Part shown: in pieces, positions 1 to 10,252 of the stretch | Layout: the number at the start of each line of letters is the position of its first letter | Numbering within the stretch: position 1 is the stretch's first letter | IMG/VR virus record: IMGVR_UViG_3300025131_000039 | Coordinates: 1-59,958 of that record | Strand: one strand, 5' to 3' | DNA length: 59,958 nt | Source: a virus | Lineage: Duplodnaviria > Caudoviricetes | The notes under the pieces: model-generated | The model's input: the letters and a program-made list of their open reading frames with translations, nothing else | Databases searched by the model: none | Told to the model about the DNA's origin: nothing | Position numbers and translations under genes: made by a program

Positions 1-191
1 ATTAGTAGATGGGTCTGCAAGATCAGGAGCAGCTAAGTTAGTTGTATTCAATGCCAAGAAATTAGTAGGAGCACTATACTGCCATTCTTCTTCAGCAAAG
101 TATGCATCAAATACAGCACTTGATTCATTACAAACTGCTGGACCCCATCCACCTCCATTAACCAATGTAGAACTTATTGTATATGCTGCAC
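1..191. repeat. Terminal overlap copy 1 (matches 59768-59958, 186/191 identical)
   Basis: Direct comparison: first 126 bp identical, mismatches at 127, 131, 151, 163, 184. Confidence 0.95.
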
Positions 192-1383
192 CTGTTCCAC
201 TTGAACCAGATGTAGGATCACCTGAGTTCTGCCATGTATCATTCTTTCCAAAGTATACAAAGCCATTATCAAGATCCATAGCTACACTTATAACATCTCC
301 TACATCCCATGAATTTCCAAAGTCAGCAAGTGTATTATTTCTATATGTCTTTCCATCTAATGATCTATAACCAAGGCTATCACCTGTACCATGCTTACTA
401 CTACTACCTAGTTCATGGTTTGATTGTACATCACATTGACTTATTCCTATTAGCCCACCTACAACTACATCTGTAGATGTCCATTTAACTTCCCAATACC
501 ATTTACCAGTAGTTGGAAAAAAGGTTCCTTTAGCTGAATCTTGTGCTCCAGTACCATTTACAAATCTTTTATTACCTTCTGATAATGTAATATTATCTTC
601 TAAATTATCAGCTACATTCCATACACAATGATTATTAGTCGGAGTATCTGATGATTGATGATCTGAACTTATATTGTTTTCTGTGAAATCATTATTATTA
701 CCACTTACATCATTACCTAGATCACCACTAGATTCAAAATCTAAGAAGCATCCATTCGTACCATAACTTCCACTATACTCTTTTGGAATCCAAACACCTT
801 TACTATTAGTTTCTCCAAAGTCTGCTGCTTCTTCTTGTGTACCATCTATTATATAAAATTCAGCTATATAGCCATCCATATAATTAGAACCTTCTTTACC
901 TATATAATGTGCTGATGTACTATTTATATCAAATGCAAAATCTTCTGCTGGTGCTGTATCTGTACCTAATGAAGCTATTGAACCATTCACATATAATTTT
1001 AATCTATCACTTGCTGTACTCTGTGTTGTATCAGCAGCTATAACTATATGATTCCAAGCTGTTGGATCTCGAAAAACTCCACTAGTAACTTTCAAATTAC
1101 TACCATCACTTACATATAATTTATTATCAGTATCTGATATTTTAATTTCAGTATCACCTACTGCAAATAAAACTATTCCTCCACTAGTAGTACTTGCAAA
1201 TTTACATAATTTAAACCAAAAGCTCATAGTCCAAGTTGTTCTATTAGTATTAGTACTAGGACTTCTTGATAGATACGAGCTAGAAGAAAAATCAAACATA
1301 CAAGAATTATCAATAGAATATGTAGTAGCTGCTCCAGCTTGAGCTGCTGCTGCTGCCATCATATAGTTGGTAAAGATACTCAT
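1..1383 (-). CDS. Tail/fibre protein with LamG(ConA-like) and SPRY-like domains, 5' part; continues across the circular junction into 59767-58736 (~804 aa total)
   Basis: ATG at 1383 (MSIFTNYMMAAAAQAG...); motifs RTTWTMSFWFK, FRDPTAWNHIV, GTNGCFLDF, GKWYWEV; frame continuous with ORF 58736-59824 via the 191-bp end overlap. Confidence 0.75.
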   Translation of the reverse strand, partial: MSIFTNYMMAAAAAQAGAATTYSIDNSCMFDFSSSSYLSRSPSTNTNRTTWTMSFWFKLCKFASTTSGGIVLFAVGDTEIKISDTDNKLYVSDGSNLKVTSGVFRDPTAWNHIVIAADTTQSTASDRLKLYVNGSIASLGTDTAPAEDFAFDINSTSAHYIGKEGSNYMDGYIAEFYIIDGTQEEAADFGETNSKGVWIPKEYSGSYGTNGCFLDFESSGDLGNDVSGNNNDFTENNISSDHQSSDTPTNNHCVWNVADNLEDNITLSEGNKRFVNGTGAQDSAKGTFFPTTGKWYWEVKWTSTDVVVGGLIGISQCDVQSNHELGSSSKHGTGDSLGYRSLDGKTYRNNTLADFGNSWDVGDVISVAMDLDNGFVYFGKNDTWQNSGDPTSGSSGTGAAYTISSTLVNGGGWGPAVCNESSAVFDAYFAEEEWQYSAPTNFLALNTTNLAAPDLADPSTN

Positions 1384-1384
1384 T

Positions 1385-1951
1385 TTATTTTTCTAACTCA
1401 GGCCAATCATATAATATGCCTGTTGTGTTACCTTCATTATCTGTTGTTAAAAACAAGGCTTCTATTGCTTCTGTATCTGTTGCATTATTAATAGCATTCT
1501 CCATCTCTGTAGCTTTAGTACGAATGGCATCTCTCCAAGTTTGAAGATTATTTGGAATAGCAGTTCCCTTATCAGCTTTACGAATAATAGCCCAATCAGT
1601 TTGAGATAAAAGACTACCTTGTTGATGCTTTACTCGTTCAATTAAAACAGATTTGACTCCACGAGTAATCCTCTGATTTCCTTTATCATCCTTTACTAGA
1701 TTACCATTTTCATCTGTAGTATTTTCATCATCTAACTTCTTAGCTATCTTTGTTACCTTACCAGCCTCATCTTGTGTAAATGACCATGTTATTTCATTAG
1801 GAATAGAATCAGGAATTATTTCTTCTAGACCAGCAGCTTTCTTCTCAGCTTCACTCCAGATGTGCCAGTTACTTGGATGTCGTATATTATTGGCATCTTT
1901 CCATGAAGAACCTTCTCTTATAATATTTCCTGTTTCGATTTCTCTCCACAT
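1385..1951 (-). CDS. Tail fibre assembly/chaperone-like protein
   Basis: LLSQTDWAIIRK...WRDAIRT motif typical of phage tail assembly chaperones; lies among fibre genes. Confidence 0.6.
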   Translation of the reverse strand: MWREIETGNIIREGSSWKDANNIRHPSNWHIWSEAEKKAAGLEEIIPDSIPNEITWSFTQDEAGKVTKIAKKLDDENTTDENGNLVKDDKGNQRITRGVKSVLIERVKHQQGSLLSQTDWAIIRKADKGTAIPNNLQTWRDAIRTKATEMENAINNATDTEAIEALFLTTDNEGNTTGILYDWPELEK

Positions 1952-1963
1952 AATTTACTCCTA

Positions 1964-2461
1964 TTAAATAGTATACGTTCGTTCTTCACCTTCCGACCAA
2001 GAACCAACATTAGTTTGTGTATTTAAATCACTAAATGTCGAATTATCGTTTGAACCTTGTAATGTAAATGTCTTTGGTGCTTGGCTTTCTTTTCCATTTC
2101 TTCCTGCTGTGAGGCTGTAACTTGTAGCTGCAATTCCATTACCACTTCCCAAATCCACCTGAATGTATTGAGGATATCCTGCTTGATAAGCAGAAGCCCA
2201 ATGAGGCTCTGAACCAGTAGTAACCCTATCAAAAGCCTTGTAATACGTTCTTGTAGCATTATCTCTACTTGAACCAGTTGCAACCAAAGGTGAAGGAGCA
2301 GAATCTCCTGTCATTGCCGTTGGATACTGAGTACTAGCAACGAATATTGCTAATTCACCTACAGCAACTTCATTGGCATTATGGCCGTCTGCAATACTTA
2401 ATCTCCAATATCTATAAGTAATAGAACCAGAGCCGAACATCTGTGTTCCAAATACTGGCAT
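1964..2461 (-). CDS. Discoidin (F5/8 type C)-like carbohydrate-binding tail accessory protein
   Basis: YKAFD...W...PQYIQVDLG...PKTFTLQGSND and YRYWRL motifs. Confidence 0.65.
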   Translation of the reverse strand: MPVFGTQMFGSGSITYRYWRLSIADGHNANEVAVGELAIFVASTQYPTAMTGDSAPSPLVATGSSRDNATRTYYKAFDRVTTGSEPHWASAYQAGYPQYIQVDLGSGNGIAATSYSLTAGRNGKESQAPKTFTLQGSNDNSTFSDLNTQTNVGSWSEGEERTYTI

Positions 2462-5400
2462 TAGCTAAATGCTTTCTGTACTGCACCAAGTTGAATACTT
2501 CCTGATGCTCTAACAAAGTATGGTATGATATCCACGGCATTAGCACCAGTACTGAGAGTTATACCTGCACCACCAGCCGTTTCATAATCCGTTCCTAAAC
2601 TCAAAGTTCTTGAACCTGTTCCATCCTGAATACAAACTATAATTCCAGATTGTCCTACCTGCTCTGTACTTGGATTAGCAAAGGTAACATTACCTGTAAA
2701 TGTAAGAACAAAGTTTTGATTGGTAGCAAAGTCTAGTGTTACACTTCCTGTATTACTTGTATCTGTATCTGTTGTAGCAAGTAAAGTTCCAGTTATGGTA
2801 GTTCCATTTGCTGTAGTAGCAAGTTTTGCAGAATTGTCGTGATAAAGAGTGACGGCACCATCACCAGCAAGAACTGCATATGTTTCACTACCATTAGCAG
2901 ATTCAACTCTAAGATCACTAGTACGAATTTTTAAATTACCAGTTCCTCCATCAGCAATATAACTATCCGAACCATCGTGAAAAATTTGTAAGTCTCCAAC
3001 AGTCCCAAATTCTGCTTTTGCATTGTCTAAAAACCTAAGATCATCTGTTCCTGTAGGAACAACAGCAACTATAGTGTCGGCATCGTTCTTGAGAGTTATG
3101 TCATATGAACTGCCCTGCCCAGTTAGTATCAGCCCTTCTGCTGCTGTATATCCGATAGCAGCAGCATCACTAGCAGCCGTGTCTCCAGCAGGATTTACTG
3201 TACCACCTACTCCAAGATCTCCTGTAATAGTTGTGTTACCTGTAATAGTTACTGTGCCACCTACAGTTAAGTTACCTACTAGTACTGTATTACCTGATAC
3301 ACATACATCATCGTCAAATTCTGCTTTAGCTGCAACAGTCATTGTACTTAATAAGTTAGTAGCTCCACCTACACTCAAGGCTCCTGCTATACTAGCAGCA
3401 CCTCCTATAGTTGTAGTACCACCTACAGCTAAGTTACCAACAAGTACTGTATTACCTGAAACACATACATCGTCATCAAACTCTGCTTTACCGACAACAG
3501 TTGCTGTACCACCTACTCCTAAGTTACCTGTTAAGGTTGTGTTACCAGCTATAGTTACTGTACCACCTACAGTTAAGTTACCTACTAATATTGAATTACC
3601 TGATACACAAACGTCATCATCAAACTCTGCCTTGGATGCAAAAGTAGCAACACCACCCACACCTAATGTACCAGTAAGAGTTGTATTACCAGCTATAGTT
3701 ACAGTACTGGCAAATGTAGCAGCTCCACCAACACCTAATGTACCTGTTAGTGTAGTATTGCCAGCTATAGTAACTGTTGATGCAAAGTGTGCAGCACCTC
3801 CCACACTAAGAGCACCTCCTATACTAGCTGCTCCACCAATAGTGGCTGTACCTCCAACTGTTAAGTTACCTACTAGAACTGTATTTCCACTTACACATAC
3901 AGCATCATCAAACTCAGCCTTACCTGCAACAGTTAGTGTACTTGCAAGATTAGTAGCACCACCTACACTAAGTGCTCCTGCTATACTGGCAGCTCCACCT
4001 ATGGTAGTAGTACCACCAACTGTTAAGTTGCCAACTAATATAGAATTACCAGAGACACACACATCATCGTCAAAATCAACCTTACTTACAAATTGGGCAG
4101 TTCCAGATACAAAGGCAGTTCCACCTATGGTTATATTTGTTACGGATATATTACCTTGAACGTCAGCAGTAATACCTGTAAGATTAGAACCATCACCATA
4201 GAATGCACTTGCACATACCTTTGCATTTGCAGCTTGTACATTAGCACCAGCTATGGTTACTGTACTGGCAAAGTTAGCAGCACCTCCTACACTTAAAGCA
4301 CCTCCAATACTGACAGCACCTCCAATAGTAGCTGTACCACCTACGGCTAAGTTACCTACTAATACTGAGTTACCACTTACACATACGTCATCGTCAAACT
4401 CAACCTTGGCAGCAAAGGTAGCTATACCTGTTTGTGTCAGAGTACCACCTATAGATGCATTACCTGCTACATCTAATGTACTTCCAAGACTTGTAGCACC
4501 TGATACACGTATTGTACTAAGGAAACCTGAAGCTCCAGATACAGTAGCTGTACTCAAGAAGTTAACTGCACCAGCTACACTAAGAGTACCACCAATCGTA
4601 GCATTACCTGTTACTCGTAAAGCTGAAACAGATGTATTACCAGAAGCTGGAACATTCGTTAAATTAGATCCATCACCATAGAAAGCAGAAGCACAAACCT
4701 TTGCATTGGCTGCTTGTACACCAGTACCTGCTATGGTAACAGTTCCTGTTATATTAAGATTACCACCTATGGATGTATTACCTACTACGGATAAAGCTCC
4801 ACCTACACCAAGTGAATCTGCCAAAGTCACAGCACCACCTATGGTAGCCGTACCTCCAACAGTCAAGTTGCCTACTAGTACTGAGTTACCTGATACACAT
4901 ACATCATCGTCAAACTCTGCCTTACCTACTACAGTTAATGTACTAAGTAAGTTCGTAGCTCCTCCGACACTCAAGGCTCCTGCTATACTTGTAGCTCCAC
5001 CTATCGTTGCTGTACCTGCCACGGCAAGATTTGTACCTATATTGGCATCACCACTAACGGATACATCTTTCTTGAATGTACCATCACCTGATACAGTAAC
5101 TGTAGATTCAAAGGTAGCTGCACCTGTTCCTTTAAATGTACCACTGACAGATACATTGCCAGCTACATCCAGTGTACTTCCAAGGCTAACGGCTCCTGTT
5201 ATGGTGGTAGTTCCACCTACGGCCAAGTTACCTACCAGTACAGTATTACCACTTACACATACATCGTCATCAAATTCTACTTTACTTACAAATTGAGATG
5301 TACCACTTACATATGCATTACCTACTACCGATATATTTCCTACACAGACATTCCCACCTACACTGGAATTAACACCTGTAATATTGGAACCATCACCATA

Positions 5401-5682
5401 AAATGCAGAGGCACATACTTTTGCATTAGGTGCTGCTACATTGGCACCATCAATAGATACTGTACCACCTATCTGTACGTTACCAGATACAGAAGCATTA
5501 CCATCTACTCCAAATGTACCTGTTGCCTTGGCTGCTCCTGTTGCTACTTGGAAAGCTATATTAGTACCATCACCTGTTTGTATCTGTGTAAGATCAGCAG
5601 AGACACCAGCATTGGCACTTACAGCTAGTTTAATTAGCTGCTTATATGTATCTGATATTTGTCTTCCTGTTAATGTGCTCAT
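2461..5682 (-). CDS. Long repetitive tail fibre protein
   Basis: G/A/V/T/S-rich repeats (8x K[AV][ED]FDD[DA]VCVSGN, 3x AKVCASAFYGDGSN); C-terminal QDGTGSRTLS domain; likely start MSTLTG at 5682. Confidence 0.75.
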   Translation of the reverse strand: MSTLTGRQISDTYKQLIKLAVSANAGVSADLTQIQTGDGTNIAFQVATGAAKATGTFGVDGNASVSGNVQIGGTVSIDGANVAAPNAKVCASAFYGDGSNITGVNSSVGGNVCVGNISVVGNAYVSGTSQFVSKVEFDDDVCVSGNTVLVGNLAVGGTTTITGAVSLGSTLDVAGNVSVSGTFKGTGAATFESTVTVSGDGTFKKDVSVSGDANIGTNLAVAGTATIGGATSIAGALSVGGATNLLSTLTVVGKAEFDDDVCVSGNSVLVGNLTVGGTATIGGAVTLADSLGVGGALSVVGNTSIGGNLNITGTVTIAGTGVQAANAKVCASAFYGDGSNLTNVPASGNTSVSALRVTGNATIGGTLSVAGAVNFLSTATVSGASGFLSTIRVSGATSLGSTLDVAGNASIGGTLTQTGIATFAAKVEFDDDVCVSGNSVLVGNLAVGGTATIGGAVSIGGALSVGGAANFASTVTIAGANVQAANAKVCASAFYGDGSNLTGITADVQGNISVTNITIGGTAFVSGTAQFVSKVDFDDDVCVSGNSILVGNLTVGGTTTIGGAASIAGALSVGGATNLASTLTVAGKAEFDDAVCVSGNTVLVGNLTVGGTATIGGAASIGGALSVGGAAHFASTVTIAGNTTLTGTLGVGGAATFASTVTIAGNTTLTGTLGVGGVATFASKAEFDDDVCVSGNSILVGNLTVGGTVTIAGNTTLTGNLGVGGTATVVGKAEFDDDVCVSGNTVLVGNLAVGGTTTIGGAASIAGALSVGGATNLLSTMTVAAKAEFDDDVCVSGNTVLVGNLTVGGTVTITGNTTITGDLGVGGTVNPAGDTAASDAAAIGYTAAEGLILTGQGSSYDITLKNDADTIVAVVPTGTDDLRFLDNAKAEFGTVGDLQIFHDGSDSYIADGGTGNLKIRTSDLRVESANGSETYAVLAGDGAVTLYHDNSAKLATTANGTTITGTLLATTDTDTSNTGSVTLDFATNQNFVLTFTGNVTFANPSTEQVGQSGIIVCIQDGTGSRTLSLGTDYETAGGAGITLSTGANAVDIIPYFVRASGSIQLGAVQKAFS

Positions 5683-5954
5683 ATCGTTTGCCACCATCTA
5701 TTTTCTGAATCCCAATTACTGGTGCAGTTTTGCCAATCTACAGCTCTGCCACCATCATCAGGACGAGGATTACGTATTGCCGGGTTATCTCTAACATCAG
5801 GTACTTTATTCTGAGGATGATTCTTCAGGTCATACTTACCTTCATAATCCTGTGGGCATACCAGCATCCCATAACTATTCATTTTCATAACTCTATGTGG
5901 ATAAACAAATCCACATGTATCACACATTGCTAGAGCATTCTTATTACTAGCCAT
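5679..5954 (-). CDS. Small Cys-containing virion-module protein
   Basis: CDTCG...LVCP...HPQ motif; position in structural operon. Confidence 0.6.
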   Translation of the reverse strand: MASNKNALAMCDTCGFVYPHRVMKMNSYGMLVCPQDYEGKYDLKNHPQNKVPDVRDNPAIRNPRPDDGGRAVDWQNCTSNWDSENRWWQTI

Positions 5955-5955
5955 T

Positions 5956-6630
5956 TTATACCGTATTTATATGAGGTCTAATATACATACTAGCTCGTTG
6001 TTTATCTTCTTCTAATGCTCTATTTAATAATTCTTCATAGTTTCCTTTTAACATTGCTATTCTATCAGGAGGTGTACCAGCAGTCTTCATAGCAAGATAG
6101 TAGGAAAGTCCACATGTAAGAGGTGGAAGAAATCTTTTGGGAAGATCTGCATTCTGATCAGCAGATTTATTAACATCTTCCAGTTCTCGTATTCCTTCTA
6201 TATTTAAAATATCTGTACTATTCTCAGGTATGGGCCATACTAGAATATTAGCATTATCTCTATTTCTTTTTACTGTAAACTGACTTGGTCTACCTGTCTG
6301 CTTCTTATTGGGAATAATCTGATATTCCTCAAAACTAATTCTTTGTAGTTGTATATCTGTGTCATCTCTACGTAATACTACTTCCAATGCATCCAAGGTA
6401 TCACTTGCCAATGCATAGGAAGTGGTACTGGTAGCAACAGTTACCAATGTAGTATAGGTAGTCCATAGGAGAATACCTCTATTCTGCCAATCCTTTAACA
6501 TTAGATTGATAGACCTACGTGCAGAAGCAGGAGTATGACCAAGAGTTTGTTCGCCTCCGATCATCTCCGTAGCTTCTTGGATCACCTCATCTATATCTAA
6601 GTTAAAGTTAAATGTTCCTGACGTTGCCAT
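5956..6630 (-). CDS. Head-tail adaptor / tail tubular-like protein
   Basis: ARRSINLML.DWQNRG..LW, GRPSQ, WP.P, CGLSYYLA motifs; synteny. Confidence 0.6.
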   Translation of the reverse strand: MATSGTFNFNLDIDEVIQEATEMIGGEQTLGHTPASARRSINLMLKDWQNRGILLWTTYTTLVTVATSTTSYALASDTLDALEVVLRRDDTDIQLQRISFEEYQIIPNKKQTGRPSQFTVKRNRDNANILVWPIPENSTDILNIEGIRELEDVNKSADQNADLPKRFLPPLTCGLSYYLAMKTAGTPPDRIAMLKGNYEELLNRALEEDKQRASMYIRPHINTV

Positions 6631-6636
6631 ATTAAA

Positions 6637-6825
6637 CTATTTCTTTTTACCATGAGTATGATGTGTCTCACTCATGAAGAAACCTACTACACCTGATACT
6701 CCACAAGCAAGCATAACTATATTCTGCCATAGTTCAACTGGTACGGAAATACCAACCATAGCTAGAACACCTGCTAATGCAGCATAGGAAGAAGGCTCTT
6801 TAAATCTACTTATAATATGAGTCAT
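6637..6825 (-). CDS. Small two-TM membrane protein (holin-like)
   Basis: RFKEPSSYAAL N-terminus plus two hydrophobic segments and basic tail. Confidence 0.5.
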   Translation of the reverse strand: MTHIISRFKEPSSYAALAGVLAMVGISVPVELWQNIVMLACGVSGVVGFFMSETHHTHGKKK

Positions 6826-6968
6826 GTTGTTCTCCTTTTGCTCTTTGTTTTTAACGTACTACCTTTACTCTTCTGTATAGCTGCACCATGCTTTCTAGTC
6901 CAGTTCTTGGCTATATTAGGATGGTTAGCATACATATAAGATCTTTGAGCTTTTGACTTAAACGGCAT
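6822..6968 (-). CDS. Small basic protein (48 aa, MPFKSKAQRSYMYANHPNIAKNW...)
   Basis: Own translation; start and stop overlap both neighbours (translational coupling); not in ORF track. Confidence 0.7.
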   Translation of the reverse strand: MPFKSKAQRSYMYANHPNIAKNWTRKHGAAIQKSKGSTLKTKSKRRTT

Positions 6969-7831
6969 TATTTCTTATATCCTTTACCATAACCACGTAG
7001 AGCAGCACCAACACCGATGGGTCCACCTGCTTTACGTCTTACTGTTCCACCACGTTTTCTAATCTCAAATCCACCCATAGCTCGTAGTTCTTCTTCAGAT
7101 GGTAAATAGTTAGCATGTTTACCTAGACCCATTGCCTCTGCTGTTGCTGCTGTTGGAGGTGCATATCTACCTGTGGCTACAACTATTACTCGTGGACTAC
7201 CATCAGGATTTTTACCTCTTTGAACAAGTTTAACTGTTCCATTCTTAATTAATCTACGTAGCTGTGCTCGTGAATAATTTTTAGGATTAGGATCTACTTT
7301 CATCTTGGATGGTAAAGCAGTATTTACTCCTTCACCAATATTACCTTTTTGAGCAGCCGATCCTCTAACTAAAGGTAATCTGGTAGGTTGTCTAGCAGCT
7401 TCAGGACGTTGAGCCATCATACGCTGAATAGTTTTACTTCCTTTACCAGTAAGACCTGCTGCTTCTTGTTCTAGTCTACTTGCTAGAGCAGCTTCTTGTT
7501 TTCCTATATCTCGTGCTCTAGCTTGAGGAGATAATGCTGTTGATCTTATAGCTGGAAGTGTTGTACTTCTTCTAGTAGGTGTAGCCTTCTTAACTTTAGA
7601 AGCAGACTTCTTTCTTTCTCGTAATTCTTTTACACTAATACCAAGTTCCTCTGCTTGTGCTTGCTCTTCTTTAGTACCGGGTTTACGACCACGAGTTTTA
7701 CGTTTACGTCCACGAGTTTCTTTCTTAACTTTAGTAGTTTCATCTGTCTTTGGTTTAGAACTACTAGCTTTACGCTTACGTCCACGAGTTTTTTTCTTAA
7801 CTACTGACTTTACAACTTTTGCAATTGCCAT
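6968..7831 (-). CDS. K/R-rich basic protein, putative internal/DNA-condensing virion protein
   Basis: Very basic; C-terminus KRGGTVRRKAGGPIGVGAALRG. Confidence 0.6.
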   Translation of the reverse strand: MAIAKVVKSVVKKKTRGRKRKASSSKPKTDETTKVKKETRGRKRKTRGRKPGTKEEQAQAEELGISVKELRERKKSASKVKKATPTRRSTTLPAIRSTALSPQARARDIGKQEAALASRLEQEAAGLTGKGSKTIQRMMAQRPEAARQPTRLPLVRGSAAQKGNIGEGVNTALPSKMKVDPNPKNYSRAQLRRLIKNGTVKLVQRGKNPDGSPRVIVVATGRYAPPTAATAEAMGLGKHANYLPSEEELRAMGGFEIRKRGGTVRRKAGGPIGVGAALRGYGKGYKK

Positions 7832-7842
7832 GTTACCCTCCG

Positions 7843-8382
7843 TTATTTACGTCTAACAGCTCCACCACCACGGAGAGCAGCACCTATTCCTATACTACCA
7901 CCAGACTTACGTTTAACAGTTCCACCAGACTTATTAGTTTTAAATCTAAGTTCCTGTCCTCGTGTAAACTTCTCACCTTTTTCACGAGTTTCAAATCGTC
8001 TATTTCCTTTTGTTCGTATCTTATGTGCTCTTTCTAAACGAGCTTTAAGCTGTGGATTTTGAACCTTTCTTTTCATTGCCATTATTTCAGTGCCAAAGTA
8101 CTTTTCAGCAATATCATTTGCACTCATACCTTTAAGTTGTTTTCTAACTCTTGACATTTCAGGAAGGTAACTTTTTGCAACTTGCTCAGTCTTCTTACTA
8201 CGATCAGCACGTTTAGCTCCTGCTTTAGCTTCTGATTGCACTCGTGCTGTTTCTTTTTTTACAGCTTGTTTTGCTTTATATTTTTTTAAACCTGTTGGTT
8301 CTCCACTTTTTGTTTTTGGTTTAAGTGCTCGTTGAACACGTTTCCTTTGAATTGCTCTTAGACCTTTAGATAGAATACCCAT
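7843..8382 (-). CDS. K/R-rich basic protein
   Basis: C-terminus KSGGTVKRKSGGSIGIGAALRG shared with 6968-7831. Confidence 0.6.
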   Translation of the reverse strand: MGILSKGLRAIQRKRVQRALKPKTKSGEPTGLKKYKAKQAVKKETARVQSEAKAGAKRADRSKKTEQVAKSYLPEMSRVRKQLKGMSANDIAEKYFGTEIMAMKRKVQNPQLKARLERAHKIRTKGNRRFETREKGEKFTRGQELRFKTNKSGGTVKRKSGGSIGIGAALRGGGAVRRK

Positions 8383-8398
8383 TTGTTTATCTCCTCTA

Positions 8399-8920
8399 TT
8401 AAACTTTACCGCCAGCTTTATAGCCGATCATGATTTTACCACCGCCTCTGCGAGAAACAGATCCACCTTTAGAATACTTTCTCTTTGGTGTACCACCTTT
8501 ACGTTTCTTTACTGTTCCACCTTTTGACTTGGAAACTTTACCACCTGCTTTAGCTCCCGGTAATAGAAAATCAGGATCTATAGGTGTTTCAGAATCATCT
8601 TTTGCTTTCATTCGCATTCGGAACTTTTCTCCTCTATCTCCTTCATATCCTTCAGGTGGAGGCAAATTCTCTTTAGTTACTTTTGTATTTGGCTTTTTCT
8701 TCTTACGCCATTTAGGTGGATTATAAGGACTTGTACCAGTACCGGGAACCATCTCCCAATCACCGGGACGATTTATTGTACCTCTGTACGCTTTTCCTTC
8801 TGCTAAATCCTTGGCTGTTCCTACTCGTGTATCACGTACATTTGTACCTGCACCAGTTTTCTTTCCAGCTCCACCTGTACGTCTACGAATTGTTTTTGAA
8901 GTATTAGATCGACTAACCAT
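8399..8920 (-). CDS. K/R-rich basic protein
   Basis: Multiple KxGGxV repeats, ends GGKIMIGYKAGGKV. Confidence 0.6.
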   Translation of the reverse strand: MVSRSNTSKTIRRRTGGAGKKTGAGTNVRDTRVGTAKDLAEGKAYRGTINRPGDWEMVPGTGTSPYNPPKWRKKKKPNTKVTKENLPPPEGYEGDRGEKFRMRMKAKDDSETPIDPDFLLPGAKAGGKVSKSKGGTVKKRKGGTPKRKYSKGGSVSRRGGGKIMIGYKAGGKV

Positions 8921-9600
8921 TATTGTGCTCCTTGTATTACAGTATTAGGACCACCCACTGGATTACGTGGATTCTCCATATCATCCTGCCTCATTCTACG
9001 AGATTGATTTCTAAGTGCATCTACTGCATTTTTATAACTACCTTCCCATTCCTGTACTACATTCCAACTCTTGGTGAATCGTGCTGACTCTACCATGCAA
9101 GCACTAAAGAGTGCAGTATAGGCAAATTCACTAAAGTAGTTTGAGGTTGTTGCACTTGTCCCTGTCGCAGAAGATAAGGGAATAGGTCTGCGTGTATATT
9201 GTATTTCTCCTGACACCGCTGAAGCAGGAGTTGGTACTATGTAAATGGATGTATTATTCTTACGTGCATAATATCGTGGAGTACCTGAAGATGTGCTGGC
9301 GTGAGGCCAGTAATCTATAGCATACTCATATGTTCTTTGTAATAGAGTGGTAATATTAGATGAAGCACTCGTTTTAAAATTAACATTCCTTACTACAAGA
9401 GTATCGGCTGGCAGACTAACCGTAGGATTATTTGCCGTAAATGAGAAAGTGGCAAAGTTATCCAGACCGGGATCATCCAGTTCTTTTATCAGACGATCTT
9501 CTGCCTTCTCTACAAACTTAGAGATTTGCTCCTCATATTCTGAGGAGTCATTCTCTGCTGTATTTATAAGATCCGTTTTAAGGAATGCATAATTAGGCAT
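8920..9600 (-). CDS. Head-tail adaptor / tail tubular protein A-like
   Basis: AEDRL..ELD, GTPRYYA, IVPTP motifs; downstream of capsid. Confidence 0.6.
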   Translation of the reverse strand: MPNYAFLKTDLINTAENDSSEYEEQISKFVEKAEDRLIKELDDPGLDNFATFSFTANNPTVSLPADTLVVRNVNFKTSASSNITTLLQRTYEYAIDYWPHASTSSGTPRYYARKNNTSIYIVPTPASAVSGEIQYTRRPIPLSSATGTSATTSNYFSEFAYTALFSACMVESARFTKSWNVVQEWEGSYKNAVDALRNQSRRMRQDDMENPRNPVGGPNTVIQGAQ

Positions 9601-9604
9601 GGGC

Positions 9605-9925
9605 TTATCCTAATATGGCAGTTACAGGTCCAGCATCAGGTGCAGATACCGTTACCTTACCGTATACGGCTACACCAGTTTCTCCTAAATATGTATCAAT
9701 TACTCCGTTTGCCTGAATAGCCAATCGTATAGCTGTTCCCTTTGCAGTCTTATTTGTGATCTGCTGCTCACCCATTATCTCAATCATTCCTGATACAGTT
9801 GCCGTAGCATGTATAGCCACGATACGAGTAGTCGTACCATCAGCACCTACTGTTGCTCCTGTATCCACCCTCTTTAAAGGGCCACTGCCAACTGTTGCCA
9901 TTGCAACTGTAAGATTTGAAGCCAT
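9605..9925 (-). CDS. Hypothetical virion protein (beta-rich)
   Basis: ORF with RBS (aggag) in structural operon. Confidence 0.55.
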   Translation of the reverse strand: MASNLTVAMATVGSGPLKRVDTGATVGADGTTTRIVAIHATATVSGMIEIMGEQQITNKTAKGTAIRLAIQANGVIDTYLGETGVAVYGKVTVSAPDAGPVTAILG

Positions 9926-9939
9926 GTTATTCTCCTTTA

Positions 9940-10230
9940 TTAAACTTTACCACCAGCTTTGTAGCCGTACATTATCTTACCACCACGTTTTTTTCTTCCT
10001 CCTCTACGTTTTACTGGACCCGGACCAACTCTAGCACCTCTACCTTTTTTAGGTGGTAGAAATGTAGGATGTTGTGCTGCAAATTCATCTCGTTGCTTTT
10101 GTGTAGCAAAACTATCTAATATACGTTGAAACTCTTTATGTGTAGAAGGAGGCTTATCAAGTTTTTCATATTGACCAAGGTCTTTTTTAACTTTTCCCAT
10201 TTCTTTATCTAAATTATATTTATTAGGCAT
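9940..10230 (-). CDS. Small basic protein
   Basis: Ends GGKIMYGYKAGGKV, near-identical to C-terminus of 8399-8920. Confidence 0.6.
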   Translation of the reverse strand: MPNKYNLDKEMGKVKKDLGQYEKLDKPPSTHKEFQRILDSFATQKQRDEFAAQHPTFLPPKKGRGARVGPGPVKRRGGRKKRGGKIMYGYKAGGKV

Positions 10231-10252
10231 AGATTAGTTCCTCTTTTTTAAT

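Noticed and set aside
1-191. Diversity-generating retroelement TR/VR pair
   Set aside because: Mismatches are not adenine-specific and are mostly synonymous; no reverse transcriptase gene seen
3023-5794. Long + strand ORFs (378, 142, 196, 117 aa)
   Set aside because: Antisense shadows of the repetitive G/A/V/T-rich fibre gene
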